Shown: positions 18,369 through 28,766, counted from the first letter of the stretch. The stretch: 32,000 nucleotides of DNA from Candidatus Jordarchaeales archaeon (GCA_038889235.1 JAWAHN010000001.1:584499-616498); one strand, 5' to 3'. Notes: generated from the sequence alone by a model not told the origin. Program-made: numbers and translations.

Positions 18369-19826
18369 TCAAATTTCCGGTTTTTTCAAATGGAACCCGG
18401 TTTGTTCTTGAAATGCATAAGCTACTCTGAGTATTTTCTCTTCCTCAAAGAAGCCCCCGATTATTTGAAGGCCAACCGGAAGGCCGTCCACGAAGCCGCA
18501 TGGGACTGATATTGACGGGACCCCCGCCAGATTTACTGGGGCTGTGTCGATGTCTATCATGTACATAACTAGCGGGTCTTCTATCATTTCTCCTATTTTA
18601 AACGGCAGTATGGGCATCGTAGGAGTGACTAGCACATCAAACTTAGATAAAGCCTTCTCGAACTCCCTTTTTATCAAAGTCCTAACTTTTAACGCTTTCA
18701 AGTAGTACTTATCGTAATAACCTGCTGAGAGGGCAAATGTCCCCAAGAGTATTCTGCGTTTTACCTCCTCTCCAAAGCCTTCTCCTCTAGTGGTGGAAAA
18801 AACTTCATTCCAATCTCCATCGCACTCCGCTCTAAAGCCGTACCTTAAACCGTCGAAGCGAGCTAGGTTTGAGCTTGCCTCGGACATAGCTATGAGGTAG
18901 TAGGTTGGAATGGCGTAGTCTAGGTAGGAAATGCTCGTTTCACTGCAAGAAGCACCAAGATCTTCCAGGACGCCTATTGAGTCCATAACAACCTTTTCAA
19001 CCTTTTCGTCAAGCCCCTCGCCGAAGAACTCTTTGGGAACGCCCACTTTGATGCCTTTAATGTCGCATCTGAGATTCTTCGCATAGTCGTGTGGAGGGTA
19101 TGGAGCAGAAGTGCTGTCTCTTGGGTCGTGTCCCGCGATGACGCTAAGAAGAATCGCACAGTCTACTACGTCCTTAGCCATGGGGCCTATCTGCTCTAAA
19201 CTATTAGCGTATGACACTAGGCCGTACCTGCTAACAAGCCCGTATGTTGGTTTTAACCCCACAACCGAGCAGAAACTTGCAGGACATCTTATTGAGCCGC
19301 CCGTATCACTCCCTAGGGCGAGAATCGTTTCGTCTGACGCTAGAGCCGCGGCACTGCCTCCAGATGAGCCACCTGGGACTCTTGTCAAATCCCATGGGTT
19401 ATGGGTGCAGCCAAAGAAGCTGGTTTCCGTGGAGTTACCCATAGCGAACTCATCCATGTTCGTTTTTCCAATTACTATTCCGCCTGCAGCCTCTATTCTC
19501 TCAATGACCGTCGCGTCGTAGGGCGGAAAATAGTTACTAAGTATTTTTGAGCCGCAAGTGGTTAGTTTTCCGCGCGTGCATATGTTATCTTTAATTGCCA
19601 CGGGAATTCCGGCGAGAGGGCCTACTTCTTCCCCTCTCTTAATCTTCTTATCGACGGCTTCTGCTCTTCTTAAAGCGTCATCCTTGAACGTGGAGATGAA
19701 AGCCCTTATCTTACTTTCAACTCTCTTTATGCGCTCGAAGACTTGTTCGACGACGTCAACTGCCGTGACCTCTTGCGTTTTAATCTTACCGACTAATTGA
19801 TGGCACGACAAACGGTTAAGATGCAC
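18369..19826 (-). CDS. gatA: Asp/Glu-tRNA amidotransferase subunit A
   Basis: Amidase signature [40 protein letters not shown], and [11 protein letters not shown]. Confidence 0.97.
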   Translation of the reverse strand: MHLNRLSCHQLVGKIKTQEVTAVDVVEQVFERIKRVESKIRAFISTFKDDALRRAEAVDKKIKRGEEVGPLAGIPVAIKDNICTRGKLTTCGSKILSNYFPPYDATVIERIEAAGGIVIGKTNMDEFAMGNSTETSFFGCTHNPWDLTRVPGGSSGGSAAALASDETILALGSDTGGSIRCPASFCSVVGLKPTYGLVSRYGLVSYANSLEQIGPMAKDVVDCAILLSVIAGHDPRDSTSAPYPPHDYAKNLRCDIKGIKVGVPKEFFGEGLDEKVEKVVMDSIGVLEDLGASCSETSISYLDYAIPTYYLIAMSEASSNLARFDGLRYGFRAECDGDWNEVFSTTRGEGFGEEVKRRILLGTFALSAGYYDKYYLKALKVRTLIKREFEKALSKFDVLVTPTMPILPFKIGEMIEDPLVMYMIDIDTAPVNLAGVPSISVPCGFVDGLPVGLQIIGGFFEEEKILRVAYAFQEQTGFHLKKPEI

Positions 19827-19840
19827 TTCCTCACACCTTC

Positions 19841-20122
19841 CTAAAGTATTCTTGGCGCTTTAACGAACCCGTTTTCGCTCTCGTGAGCACTTTTTAGGAC
19901 GACTTCTTGCGGGAGGGACTCACCCTCCTCGTCCTCGCGAAAAACGTTGTAGAGGTCTAGGACGTGAAAGGTAGGTTCGACATTTGAAGTATCAACCCTG
20001 CTGATAATGTCGAAATACTCTACTATCTTCCTTAACTGTTGCGCGAACTTTTCTTCTTCATCTTTCGTAAGCTTTATCCTCGCAAGCCATGCCACATGTC
20101 TTATAACTTCTTCCGTGATCAT
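19841..20122 (-). CDS. gatC: Asp/Glu-tRNA amidotransferase subunit C
   Basis: [23 protein letters not shown] and GFVKAPRI. Located upstream of gatA. Confidence 0.95.
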   Translation of the reverse strand: MITEEVIRHVAWLARIKLTKDEEEKFAQQLRKIVEYFDIISRVDTSNVEPTFHVLDLYNVFREDEEGESLPQEVVLKSAHESENGFVKAPRIL

Positions 20123-20814
20123 TTTTCTCCACGCCCCTTTTCCGCTAACCTAGCTTTCTTAACTAAGAGCTGACCCCTGAAATCATCCCAATACGTTTCT
20201 GCATCGACTATTTCAACCCTCTTCTTGTAATAAGGAGCGTCTAACACTAAGGTTTCGTACTCGCCCCCTTCTCCCGCCATGCTCACTCCATACGTCTTCT
20301 TGAGGAGTAGAAGGTCTGCTATGGCTGCGTGATCCAACTTTCTTCCAAGCCAGTTGCGCGTGAACCCCAGCGCGTAAACTCCGCAAAACCTAGCGTCGAA
20401 ACCTAAATTCACTACGTTTAGGAGTAGGAGTGTTTCGTTTATATGCCAGAGTGGGGTGAAGTATTTTAATTCCAACCTTTTACAAACTTTCTCGACGGCT
20501 GTTTTCTGATACTCACTCGAAACAACCCCTGAAACCACGGCGTCTACGTTAATTCTTCCAAGCACCTCCTCTAGTTCACTAATTTCTCGGTCCTTCAACC
20601 CGGAGGAGGGAACGGGGACATAGGGGAGGCCGGCGGCTTCCGCTTGTAGTTTTGTCAACTTTATGTTCGGTACGTGGAACATGTAGCTGTCATCCCTCTC
20701 TGGGATGAAAGAGACAAGTGCCTCGATTTCGAAGTTATTGTTAAGTGCCCATAGTAGGGCTAGGCTCGAGTCTTTTCCACCGCTGAAAAGCACAGCTACT
20801 CTCAAAATGAACAC
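20119..20814 (-). CDS. dph6: Diphthine-ammonia ligase (Dph6; PP-loop ATPase)
   Basis: LFSGGKDS, SYMFH, AQAEA-like segment, S.YQK, PLW, and AGEGGEYETLVLDAP. Confidence 0.9.
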   Translation of the reverse strand: MFILRVAVLFSGGKDSSLALLWALNNNFEIEALVSFIPERDDSYMFHVPNIKLTKLQAEAAGLPYVPVPSSGLKDREISELEEVLGRINVDAVVSGVVSSEYQKTAVEKVCKRLELKYFTPLWHINETLLLLNVVNLGFDARFCGVYALGFTRNWLGRKLDHAAIADLLLLKKTYGVSMAGEGGEYETLVLDAPYYKKRVEIVDAETYWDDFRGQLLVKKARLAEKGRGEK

Positions 20815-20943
20815 CGGAATTACTTACGTCACCTTTAAAAAATTTGGGACAAGTTTAAATATTTGTCCATCCAAAACATTGAAACGCAAAATTTATTTGA
20901 CCAATATGTTGCTTCATTCCTAAGGCTTCAAGGGTGTTGAGTC

Positions 20944-21399
20944 TTGTCAACGGCAGGATACAGACACATAGTCAGGATAGCTGGGACTGATTTAGATGGC
21001 TCCCACAGGGCGGAGTTTGCGTTAACGTGGATTAAAGGGGTAGGCATGCGTATGGCACGCGCTGTTCTGACAGGGCTGGGCATAGATCCGGATAAGAGAT
21101 TGGGCTTTTTGACAGATGCAGAAGTTAAAAAGATAGAGGAGGTGCTGTCAAACCCAGCGTTGGTCAACATTCCACCCTGGATGTTTAACCGTAGAAAGGA
21201 TCTCGAAACGGGGAAAGACCTCCACCTTACTGGTACAAACTGGGTATTAGCGGTTAAGGAAGATATAGAACTTATGAAAAGAATAAAGTGCTGGAAAGGA
21301 GTGCGCCACGCGCTTGGATTAAAAGTTAGAGGGCAGAGGACTAGGACTACTGGACGCAAGGGTCGCACAGTTGGCGTCCACAGAAAAGTGAAGAAGTAA
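20944..21399 (+). CDS. rps13: 30S ribosomal protein S13 (uS13)
   Basis: RHIVRIAGTDLDG, IKGVG, PPWMFNRRKD, RHALGLKVRGQRTRTTGR. Confidence 0.97.
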   Translation: MSTAGYRHIVRIAGTDLDGSHRAEFALTWIKGVGMRMARAVLTGLGIDPDKRLGFLTDAEVKKIEEVLSNPALVNIPPWMFNRRKDLETGKDLHLTGTNWVLAVKEDIELMKRIKCWKGVRHALGLKVRGQRTRTTGRKGRTVGVHRKVKK

Positions 21400-21418
21400 A
21401 GGCGAAGGGTGTTCTAAA

Positions 21419-21943
21419 ATGGGCGACATAAAAAAGAGAAAGAAGAAGTATATTACTCCGCGTAAGCGTTGGGACAAGGAACGGTTACATGTCGAAACAA
21501 TACTGGTAGGTAAATATGGGTTAAGGAACAAAAGAGAACTTTGGCGAATGGAGGCAATCCTCCGTAAGTTTAGAGAAAGAGCAAGAGAAGCTATAGGACT
21601 ACCAGAGAAAGAAAGAGAAAAACGGAGGAATGAGATTGTCAATAAGCTCTACAAATGGGGTATACTGCCGATGGACGCAACTCTGGATGACGTGTTGACC
21701 TTAACTGTGGAAAACTTCCTTGAAAGACGGCTGCAAAGTGTAGTGGTCGCAAGAGGTCTTGCGAGGACCGTTCACCAAGCTAGGCAATTAATAGTCCACG
21801 GGCACATATCTATTGCTGGGAGAAAGGTCACCCGGCCAGGCTACATAGTTAAGAGGGGAGAAGACGAGTTAATTGAATATTCTCCCAAGTCACCTTTGAG
21901 GAATCCAGATCACCCCTTACGCAAAGCAATAGCAGGGTCGTGA
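21419..21943 (+). CDS. rps4: 30S ribosomal protein S4 (uS4)
   Basis: MGD...KKY.TP..., YGLRNKRELW, LERRLQSVV...GLART..QARQLIVHGHI. Confidence 0.97.
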   Translation: MGDIKKRKKKYITPRKRWDKERLHVETILVGKYGLRNKRELWRMEAILRKFRERAREAIGLPEKEREKRRNEIVNKLYKWGILPMDATLDDVLTLTVENFLERRLQSVVVARGLARTVHQARQLIVHGHISIAGRKVTRPGYIVKRGEDELIEYSPKSPLRNPDHPLRKAIAGS

Positions 21944-21970
21944 AAACAATGGTGGAAGAGGTGTTGAAGT

Positions 21971-22384
21971 ATGAGTGAAGGTAAGGCTGAGGAAAAGAAG
22001 AAGGCAAAATGGGGTGTTGCCCACATTTACAGCTCGTTTAACGATACGATAATCACGATAACTGACCTTACAGGGGCGGAAACCATAGCTAAGTGTAGTG
22101 GGGGAATGATCGTTGACGCTGATAGGGAAGAAGCGTCACCTTATGCCGCTATGCAAGCGGCCTTTAGAGCGGCAAGGGAAGCCATGGAAAAGGGCATCGT
22201 TGGAATAAATATTAAGGTCAGAGCCCCTGGAGGACATGGTCCAAAGACTCCTGGCCCGGGGGCACAAGCAGCGATTAGAGCGCTTGCTAGGGCAGGTTTG
22301 AGGATTGGAAGGATAGAGGATGTGACACCTATCCCTCACGATGGAACACGGCGTCCTGGCGGAAGAAGAGGACGCAGAGTATAG
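21971..22384 (+). CDS. rps11: 30S ribosomal protein S11 (uS11)
   Basis: [46 protein letters not shown]. Confidence 0.98.
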   Translation: MSEGKAEEKKKAKWGVAHIYSSFNDTIITITDLTGAETIAKCSGGMIVDADREEASPYAAMQAAFRAAREAMEKGIVGINIKVRAPGGHGPKTPGPGAQAAIRALARAGLRIGRIEDVTPIPHDGTRRPGGRRGRRV

Positions 22385-22438
22385 AAACGCCTTAAAAACA
22401 GCTTCAAGCTCCCCCCTTTGTTTCTGGTGGTGGGCTTA

Positions 22439-23257
22439 TTGGATGTTAAAATCCTTAAACTAGAGGGGAATACGCTTCGTTTCATACTGGAAGGCGTGGA
22501 CGTGTCGGTCGCAAACGCCCTCCGCAGAGTGATGTTAGCTGAGGTTCCGACTATGGCTATTGATGAAGTCATAATAATAGAGAACACGTCTCCGATTTTT
22601 GACGAAATGCTAGCCCATAGGTTAGGACTTATCCCGCTTGTTACAGACCTTGAAAGCTATGTCCTTCCCGAAGAGTGTGACTGTAAAGGTGAAGGGTGTG
22701 TTAAATGCATGGTGACGTTTGCATTAGAAAAGGAGGCTGAAGAGGAGGAGGTAATCGCTTATTCTGGCGATTTGCAGTCCCAGGACCCTGTTGTTCGGCC
22801 AGTCAGCGACAAGATTCCGATAGCTAAAATGGCTAGAGGGCAGAAAATTGTTTTAGAGGCACATGCGAAGCTGGGGAAGGGAAAGGTTCATGCGAAGTGG
22901 CAGCCGGTTTCGACATGCGCTTACAAGTACATGCCTATTCTGAACATAGACCATGAAAAATGTGTTAGGTGCAAGGATTGCGTGTTTGCCTGTCCAAGAG
23001 GAATCCTAGCTGTGGAAGGAGACAAGCTTGTCCTGAAAAACATCCTTGATTGCTCACTGTGTAAGTCGTGTGAGGAGGTGTGTCGTTTCGAAGCAATAAA
23101 AGTATCGTGGAATGACAGGGCATTCATTTTCACCGTCGAATCTACAGGCGCTCTTCCTCCGGATAAAATAGTCCATGTGGCGACCGACATACTTTTAAAG
23201 AAACTATCTAAATTCATTGAAGAGTTATCAGTAGCAATTAAGGAGGAAGCACATTGA
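22439..23257 (+). CDS. rpoD: RNA polymerase subunit D (Rpo3) with ferredoxin-like insert
   Basis: [35 protein letters not shown]. Two CxxCxxCxxxC motifs. TTG start at 22439 (ORF track 22418). Confidence 0.96.
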   Translation: MDVKILKLEGNTLRFILEGVDVSVANALRRVMLAEVPTMAIDEVIIIENTSPIFDEMLAHRLGLIPLVTDLESYVLPEECDCKGEGCVKCMVTFALEKEAEEEEVIAYSGDLQSQDPVVRPVSDKIPIAKMARGQKIVLEAHAKLGKGKVHAKWQPVSTCAYKYMPILNIDHEKCVRCKDCVFACPRGILAVEGDKLVLKNILDCSLCKSCEEVCRFEAIKVSWNDRAFIFTVESTGALPPDKIVHVATDILLKKLSKFIEELSVAIKEEAH

Positions 23258-23616
23258 AGGTTACAGGACCCACAGACCCCAACGTTAGAAGGCTGATAGT
23301 TGCCCTTGAAAAGAAGGCGAAGGCTGAGAAAGCAAATATTTGGTTAGATATATCTGAGAGACTTAAGAAGCCTAGGAGACAAAGGGTGGCGGTTAACCTT
23401 TCAAGGATAAACAGGTACACTGAAGATGGAGACGTAGTTGTAGTTCCCGGCAAGGTTCTTGGTTCAGGATACCTTGACCACAGAGTCTGCATTGCAGCAC
23501 TCTCGTTCTCTGAAAGCGCTATAGAGAAGACTAGAAGCGCTGGAGGGGAATGCATATCTATAATGGAACTCATGCGAAGGAATCCCAAAGGAAGCAACGT
23601 CAAAATAATAGCTTAG
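23254..23616 (+). CDS. rpl18e: 50S ribosomal protein L18e (eL18)
   Basis: [41 protein letters not shown]. Confidence 0.97.
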   Translation: MKVTGPTDPNVRRLIVALEKKAKAEKANIWLDISERLKKPRRQRVAVNLSRINRYTEDGDVVVVPGKVLGSGYLDHRVCIAALSFSESAIEKTRSAGGECISIMELMRRNPKGSNVKIIA

Positions 23617-23631
23617 AAGGAGGAGTGAAGT

Positions 23632-24075
23632 GTGGAAGCCCCCGTTGTCATAGATGCAACGGATTTAGTCCTCGGACGGATGGCGAGTGTTGTAGCTAAA
23701 CGCCTTCTCAACGGGGAACGCGTTATAATAATAAACGCAGAGAAAGCGGTGATTACAGGAAACCCGAGGTTTATCATAGAAAAGTACAAGAAGTTCCTGG
23801 AAATAAGAACGTTGACTGCCCCGTGGAAGGGACCGGTACACTATAGGAGACCGGACATGCTGGTGAGGCGGACGATAAGAGGAATGCTGCCATGGAAGAA
23901 GGCGCGGGGAAGGGAAGCGTATAAACGGCTGAGAGTTTACATAGGGGTCCCTGAGTTCCTCTCCGGGGTTGAAGCTCAGACTATACCGGATGCTCATATA
24001 AGTAAGAAAACTAACACTAAATTCATTCGTGTCGAGGATGTTTCACGAGAAATAGGTTGGGACATGCGGAGGTAG
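23632..24075 (+). CDS. rpl13: 50S ribosomal protein L13 (uL13)
   Basis: IDA...LGRMAS.VAKRLL.GE, GP...[19 protein letters not shown]. Confidence 0.97.
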   Translation: MEAPVVIDATDLVLGRMASVVAKRLLNGERVIIINAEKAVITGNPRFIIEKYKKFLEIRTLTAPWKGPVHYRRPDMLVRRTIRGMLPWKKARGREAYKRLRVYIGVPEFLSGVEAQTIPDAHISKKTNTKFIRVEDVSREIGWDMRR

Positions 24076-24080
24076 TGGCT

Positions 24081-24506
24081 ATGAGTAAAGTTAAAAAGCC
24101 GCAGCTCAAAGTCGTTGTCACCTCGGGTAAACGTAAAACTGCAATCGCTAGAGCGGTGATAAGGCCTGGTAAGGGAAGAGTCAGGATTAACAAAGTGCCG
24201 CTTCCGCTGATTAAGCCGGACGTTATCCGGTTAAAGATTTCTGAGCCGCTTGTATTGGCAGGGGAGCTTGCAGAACAAGTTGACATAGACGTGGACGTGA
24301 GAGGGGGAGGCGTGATGGGACAGGCTTACGCTGCACGTACAGCGATCGCTCGGGGGCTTCTCGAGTACTCTGGAGGAGATACGCAACTCAAGGAAAGAAT
24401 GCTCAGCTATGATGAGAAAATATTTGTGTCAGATCCAAGAAGGAAGGAACCTAAAAAGTTCGGAGGACGTGGAGCAAGAGACAGAAGACAGAAAAGTTAC
24501 CGGTAA
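24081..24506 (+). CDS. rps9: 30S ribosomal protein S9 (uS9)
   Basis: [39 protein letters not shown]...QKSYR. ATG at 24081 follows GGAGGT. Confidence 0.97.
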   Translation: MSKVKKPQLKVVVTSGKRKTAIARAVIRPGKGRVRINKVPLPLIKPDVIRLKISEPLVLAGELAEQVDIDVDVRGGGVMGQAYAARTAIARGLLEYSGGDTQLKERMLSYDEKIFVSDPRRKEPKKFGGRGARDRRQKSYR

Positions 24507-24540
24507 ACCTATTAATTATTTGTCGTGGAGGTCTTGGAGT

Positions 24541-24759
24541 TTGATTATACCGATTAGATGCTTCACTTGCGGCATGCTTATTGCCGATAAATGGGAAGAG
24601 TTTTCTAGAAGAGTACGTCAGGGGGAAGACCCTAAGACTGTCCTTGATAGTATGGGTTTGAGAAGGTATTGTTGTAGGCGTATGCTTTTAAGTCACATAG
24701 ATTTAATAGATGAAATAATACCGTTCTCACAGAAAATAAAAAAGGAAGAAACCTTCTAG
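24541..24759 (+). CDS. rpoN: RNA polymerase subunit N (Rpo10)
   Basis: [11 protein letters not shown]...[17 protein letters not shown] start at 24541 after GGAGGT. The ORF-track extension to 24409 overlaps rps9. Confidence 0.96.
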   Translation: MIIPIRCFTCGMLIADKWEEFSRRVRQGEDPKTVLDSMGLRRYCCRRMLLSHIDLIDEIIPFSQKIKKEETF

Positions 24760-24774
24760 GGGAAGTGTTAAAAC

Positions 24775-25386
24775 ATGAGCGAAGCCGAGCTCTTAATACA
24801 GCTTGATAAGTACCTTGCGGCGGGAGTTCACATAGGTACGCAGGTTAAAACGCAATCTATGCTCCCCTTCATCTATAGGGTTCGCCCAGACGGGTTATAT
24901 GTTTTGGACGTGAGGAAAACTGACGAAAGAATTAGAGTGGCGGCGCGTTTCCTCGCACGCTTTGAGCCTTCAAAGATCCTCGTTGTTTCGACTAGGACTT
25001 ACGGACAGCGGCCAGCTAAGAAGTTTGCAGAAATAACGAGAGCTAGGGTTGTAACAGACCGGTTTATTCCGGGAACGCTTACTAACCCAAGCCTTCCGAA
25101 CTACGTTGACGTCGACGTTGTAGTCGTTACAGACCCAAGGACAGACGCACAGGCACTTATAGAGGCGGAAAAGGCGGGCATACCCACTGTGGCGCTTTGC
25201 GACACCGACAATTCAACGTCAAAAGTTGACCTTTGCATACCGACAAATAACAAGGGACGGAAGGCGCTGTCCTTGATATACTGGCTACTGGCGAGACAGG
25301 TTTTAAGGGAGAGGGGTGAACTGCCAGAGGACGGCGAGCTGCAAATTCCTATTGAAGAATTTGAGGCGAAAGTTAAAGCCCAATGA
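24775..25386 (+). CDS. rps2: 30S ribosomal protein S2 (uS2)
   Basis: [51 protein letters not shown]. Confidence 0.98.
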   Translation: MSEAELLIQLDKYLAAGVHIGTQVKTQSMLPFIYRVRPDGLYVLDVRKTDERIRVAARFLARFEPSKILVVSTRTYGQRPAKKFAEITRARVVTDRFIPGTLTNPSLPNYVDVDVVVVTDPRTDAQALIEAEKAGIPTVALCDTDNSTSKVDLCIPTNNKGRKALSLIYWLLARQVLRERGELPEDGELQIPIEEFEAKVKAQ

Positions 25387-25401
25387 ATTTCGGTGATGTA
25401 A

Positions 25402-26359
25402 ATGGTTGTAGCGTCAGCGCCGGGTAAAGTGATATTATTTCGGTGAGCATGCTGTTGTTTACGGGGAACCAGCCCTTGTTATTGCCGTGGACAAGCGTGC
25501 TTTTGCCGAGGCGCTACCGCTCCCAGGAGATAAAATTCGCATATTTTCTCGTGAATATCAATCGCAGGTCGAATTTAAGATAGATGAAGAGGCGCCCGCT
25601 GGGCTCTTTAAGCCCATATGGACGATTGTTTCTAAACTTAAAGAATATGGGTTAAAAAAAGGGTTTGAACTTAGAATTTGGTCGGAAATACCCCCGGGGG
25701 CAGGGATGGGGTCTTCTGCCGCTGTAGCTGTAGCAGCAACTGCAGCGATAAGTTCTCTGTTCGGGATAACTCTCTCCAAAAGAGAGATATGTGACATTTC
25801 TTTTGAAGCAGAGAAAGACGTGCATGGAACACCGTCTGGCGTAGATAATACTATAGCTACTTACGGCTCAGCTATAATTTTTAGGCGAGGGAAGATGAGG
25901 AGGATTGAGGTTAAGGGGGAGGTGCCTTTCGTAGTGGGTGACACTGGAGTTAAGCGAAGCACGAAAGATTGGGTTGCGAAGGTGCGTGGAAGGAGAGAAA
26001 GGTGTAGAGATTTAGTTGATCCAGTGATTAAGTTGATAGGTAAAATTTCGTTGAAAGGTGCGCGTCTTCTAATGGAGGGAAGACTTCCAGAGTTAGGGGA
26101 GCTGATGGATTTAAATCAAGGGCTTCTCGATGCACTTGGTGTTTCGACTCGAGAGTTAAGTAACTTGATCTTTGCTGCTAGAAGTGCTGGTGCATATGGA
26201 GCTAAATTGACTGGTGCTGGAGGAGGCGGGTGTATGATTGCCCTGACGGCTGCTGAAACAAGTAGTAAAGTAGCTAGAGCGATACAAGTTGCTGGAGGAA
26301 TACCTATAACGGCAAATATTTCGATGGACGGCGTTAGGATAGATGTAGATGCGAGGTAG
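25402..26359 (+). CDS. mvk: Mevalonate kinase, split by a +1 frameshift at codon 13-14 (sequencing error, pseudogene or recoding)
   Basis: ATG at 25402 gives MVVASAPGKVILF-R-stop. The +1 frame from 25442 gives GEHAVVYGEPALVIAVDK, joining the 25487 ORF with PPGAGMGSSAA, HG.PSG.D and KLTGAGGGG. This is the canonical GHMP N-terminus SAPGKVILFGEHAVVYG with one extra T. Confidence 0.88.
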
Positions 26360-26385
26360 CGTGTTGCTGAGAGGTGCTTTAAACA

Positions 26386-27213
26386 ATGGGAGCCTCCATA
26401 AGGCCGGTCATATTGAAGATTGGAGGGAGCGTCGTCACAGATAAGAGTAAGCCCTTTTCGGTAAGGATGAAAGTCGTAAGGCAAATTTCTGAGGAGATTG
26501 CTGCTGCCACACGTTCAGGGTGCAAATCTCTGATAATAGTTCACGGTGGGGGGTCTTTTGGCCATCCCATGGCCAAGGAGTACGGAATTCACCGAGGATT
26601 TAGTGAAAGTGGGCAGTTGATTGGATTCGTCAAAACTGTTCAAGCCATGAGGAGGCTTAGCAGCATAATTGTGGAAAGTCTACAAGCTTTAGGCGTCCCC
26701 GCGTTTCCCTTACAGCCTTCGGCTTTTGTCGTGCAGAGGGATGGAAGAATCTTTACGATGTTCCAGGCAGTGTTAGATAGATCTCTAGAAGCGGGGTTCA
26801 TTCCTGTTTTATGGGGCGACGCTGTCCTAGACGAGAAAAGGGGCTTTGCTATACTTTCAGGAGACCAAATAGTATCGCATCTTTCAGAGGTTTTCTTCCC
26901 GCTGAGGGTGATATTTGGCACTGACGTGGATGGCATATATCCTTCAGATCCGAAGAAATCTAAGTCGAGGCCGTTCGAAAAACTGACATGCGATGAACTT
27001 GAAAAAATAGCTATGCAAGCTGGTGAATCTAGGGGGATTGACGTTACTGGAGGAATGGCAGGAAAGCTGGCGGAAATAATAAACATAGCGTCTAGGGGGG
27101 TGGAGGTCGTCGTGACTAATGCGATGAAAAAAGGAAACATTTTGCAAGCTTTATTAGGGAAAGAAGTGGGAACTGTTGTAAAACCGCGGAAGGTTGATGG
27201 GAGTATTGAGTAA
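26386..27213 (+). CDS. ipk: Isopentenyl phosphate kinase
   Basis: LKIGGSVVTDK, VHGGGSFGHP, GD, SGDQI, DVDGIY and DVTGGMAGK. Located between mvk and fni. Confidence 0.93.
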   Translation: MGASIRPVILKIGGSVVTDKSKPFSVRMKVVRQISEEIAAATRSGCKSLIIVHGGGSFGHPMAKEYGIHRGFSESGQLIGFVKTVQAMRRLSSIIVESLQALGVPAFPLQPSAFVVQRDGRIFTMFQAVLDRSLEAGFIPVLWGDAVLDEKRGFAILSGDQIVSHLSEVFFPLRVIFGTDVDGIYPSDPKKSKSRPFEKLTCDELEKIAMQAGESRGIDVTGGMAGKLAEIINIASRGVEVVVTNAMKKGNILQALLGKEVGTVVKPRKVDGSIE

Positions 27214-28330
27214 CACGAAAACTAAGGAGAGAAAAATGGAACACATTGAAATTTGCCTAAGGGAGAATGTTCAGTTTTTTAAGTCTGCCGGCTTCGATGA
27301 CATAGAATTCGTTCACTGCGCAGTACCCGAAGTCAACCTTGACGAGGTGAGCTTAGAGATCGAGCTTTTTGGTAAAAGATTAAGGGCACCGATAATAATT
27401 GCGGCAATGACTGGAGGAACACGGAAAGGAGGAGAAATTAACGCGTTTTTAGCGATGCTCGCCGAGGAGTTTGGAGTGGGTATAGGAGTAGGGTCGCAAA
27501 GGGCAGCTGTTGAGGACGCAAGCTTAAGGGATACTTTCTCCGTGGTTAAGGAAAAAGCACCATCAACTCTTAAGATAGCCAATATTGGTGCTCCACAATT
27601 AGTTAAGGGCTACGGCGTAAAGGAACTCGAGAACATAGTTTCGATGATAGATGCAGACGTCTTAGCAGTGCACTTGAACTCTCTTCAGGAAGCGGTTCAG
27701 CCCGAGGGAGAAGCTTTCTTTAGAGGAGTTTTAGAGAAATTGAGGCAAGTAACGGAACTACTGGACGTCCCCGTCATGGTTAAAGAGACCGGATGTGGTA
27801 TAGCGGCGGAGGAAGCTCTTTTACTCGAAGAGGTTGGTGTGAAAGCTGTGGATGTAGGGGGTGCAGGAGGGACAAGTTGGTCTGCGGTCGAACATTTCAG
27901 AAGAAAGGGGGACGAACTTGGAAAAACTTTCTGGGATTGGGGGATACCTACTGCCGTCGCCACGGTTGAAGTTGCAGCAGCAACGAATCTCAAGGTTGTA
28001 GCAACCGGCGGAGTTAGAAGCGGCGTCCACGTGGCAAAGGCTATTGCACTTGGCGCTGACGCTGCCGGGATCGCTTACCCATTCCTCGAGCACGCATATA
28101 AAGGGGACTACCATGGGGGTCGCGCCCTTATGGAGAAAATTATCAGGGAACTCAAGGTGACAATGTTCCTGACGGGATCGAGAGAAGTGAGTGACCTAAA
28201 AAGGACGCGCCTAATATTGACCGGCGCAACGGCGGAATGGTTGAAGCTTCGCGGCATCGACATCAGTCTTTTTGCTAAGGGAAAAAGACCGCGGTTAAAA
28301 GTTGCGTTTGGAGAACCAAAAGATTCATAA
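27194..28330 (+). CDS. fni: Type 2 isopentenyl-diphosphate isomerase
   Basis: RK.EH, AMTGG, GVGSQR, ANIGA.Q, HLN.LQE..QPEG, VKETGCG, DVGGAGGTSW, GG.R.G..VAKAIALGA. Confidence 0.96.
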   Translation: MMGVLSNTKTKERKMEHIEICLRENVQFFKSAGFDDIEFVHCAVPEVNLDEVSLEIELFGKRLRAPIIIAAMTGGTRKGGEINAFLAMLAEEFGVGIGVGSQRAAVEDASLRDTFSVVKEKAPSTLKIANIGAPQLVKGYGVKELENIVSMIDADVLAVHLNSLQEAVQPEGEAFFRGVLEKLRQVTELLDVPVMVKETGCGIAAEEALLLEEVGVKAVDVGGAGGTSWSAVEHFRRKGDELGKTFWDWGIPTAVATVEVAAATNLKVVATGGVRSGVHVAKAIALGADAAGIAYPFLEHAYKGDYHGGRALMEKIIRELKVTMFLTGSREVSDLKRTRLILTGATAEWLKLRGIDISLFAKGKRPRLKVAFGEPKDS

Positions 28331-28360
28331 GGAAAGAGGGTGTTCCCATCACTGCTGAAC

Positions 28361-28388
28361 CCTTATGAGGGCTAAAGCCTGAAGGAGG
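28361..28388 (+). promoter_or_regulatory. Kink-turn in the rpl7ae 5' UTR overlapping the Shine-Dalgarno sequence (L7Ae autoregulation element)
   Basis: C-stem CCU/AGG (28361-63 with 28383-85), UAU bulge, tandem G.A/A.G (GA 28367-68, GA 28381-82), NC stem GGGC/GCCU closing a UAAA loop. GGAGG SD at 28384-88. Confidence 0.8.
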
Positions 28389-28397
28389 GATCTTTGG

Positions 28398-28766
28398 TTG
28401 TCTAAGCCTCACGTTAGGTTCAAAACGCCAAGCGAAATAGCCTCAAAGGCTCTTGAGTGCCTTGAAATAGCACGTGACACGGGAAAGATAAAGAGAGGGA
28501 CTAATGAAACAACGAAGGCTGTCGAGAGAGGACTGGCAAAGCTGGTGCTTATAGCAGAGAACGTTGACCCGCCGGAAATAGTAATGCACCTGCCACTGTT
28601 ATGTGAAGAAAAGGGCATTCCCTACCTCTATGTTCCAAGCAAAGAGGAGCTGGGGTCGGCAGCGGGGATAGATAGACCGGCAGCATCAGCTTGTATAATA
28701 GATCCTGGACAAGCAGGGCAGCTAGTGAAAGACATAGCAGAGAAAATTGCTGAAATAAGAAAGTGA
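28398..28766 (+). CDS. rpl7ae: Ribosomal protein L7Ae (eL8)
   Basis: [52 protein letters not shown]. Confidence 0.98.
   Translation: MSKPHVRFKTPSEIASKALECLEIARDTGKIKRGTNETTKAVERGLAKLVLIAENVDPPEIVMHLPLLCEEKGIPYLYVPSKEELGSAAGIDRPAASACIIDPGQAGQLVKDIAEKIAEIRK

Noticed and set aside
24409-24540. N-terminal extension of RpoN; likewise hsp20 extended to 16128 and moaE to 12055
   Set aside because: The rpoN and hsp20 extensions overlap the upstream genes. In all three cases a good SD precedes an internal start where family homology begins.
24506-24775. tRNA expected near rps9-rpoN-rps2
   Set aside because: The gaps are only 34 and 15 nt. I found no cloverleaf or T-loop GTTCRA context here or in other intergenic regions.
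25430-25450. A second BHB intron explaining the mvk break
   Set aside because: The alignment to SAPGKVILFGEH shows only one extra nucleotide, with no insert and no stem.
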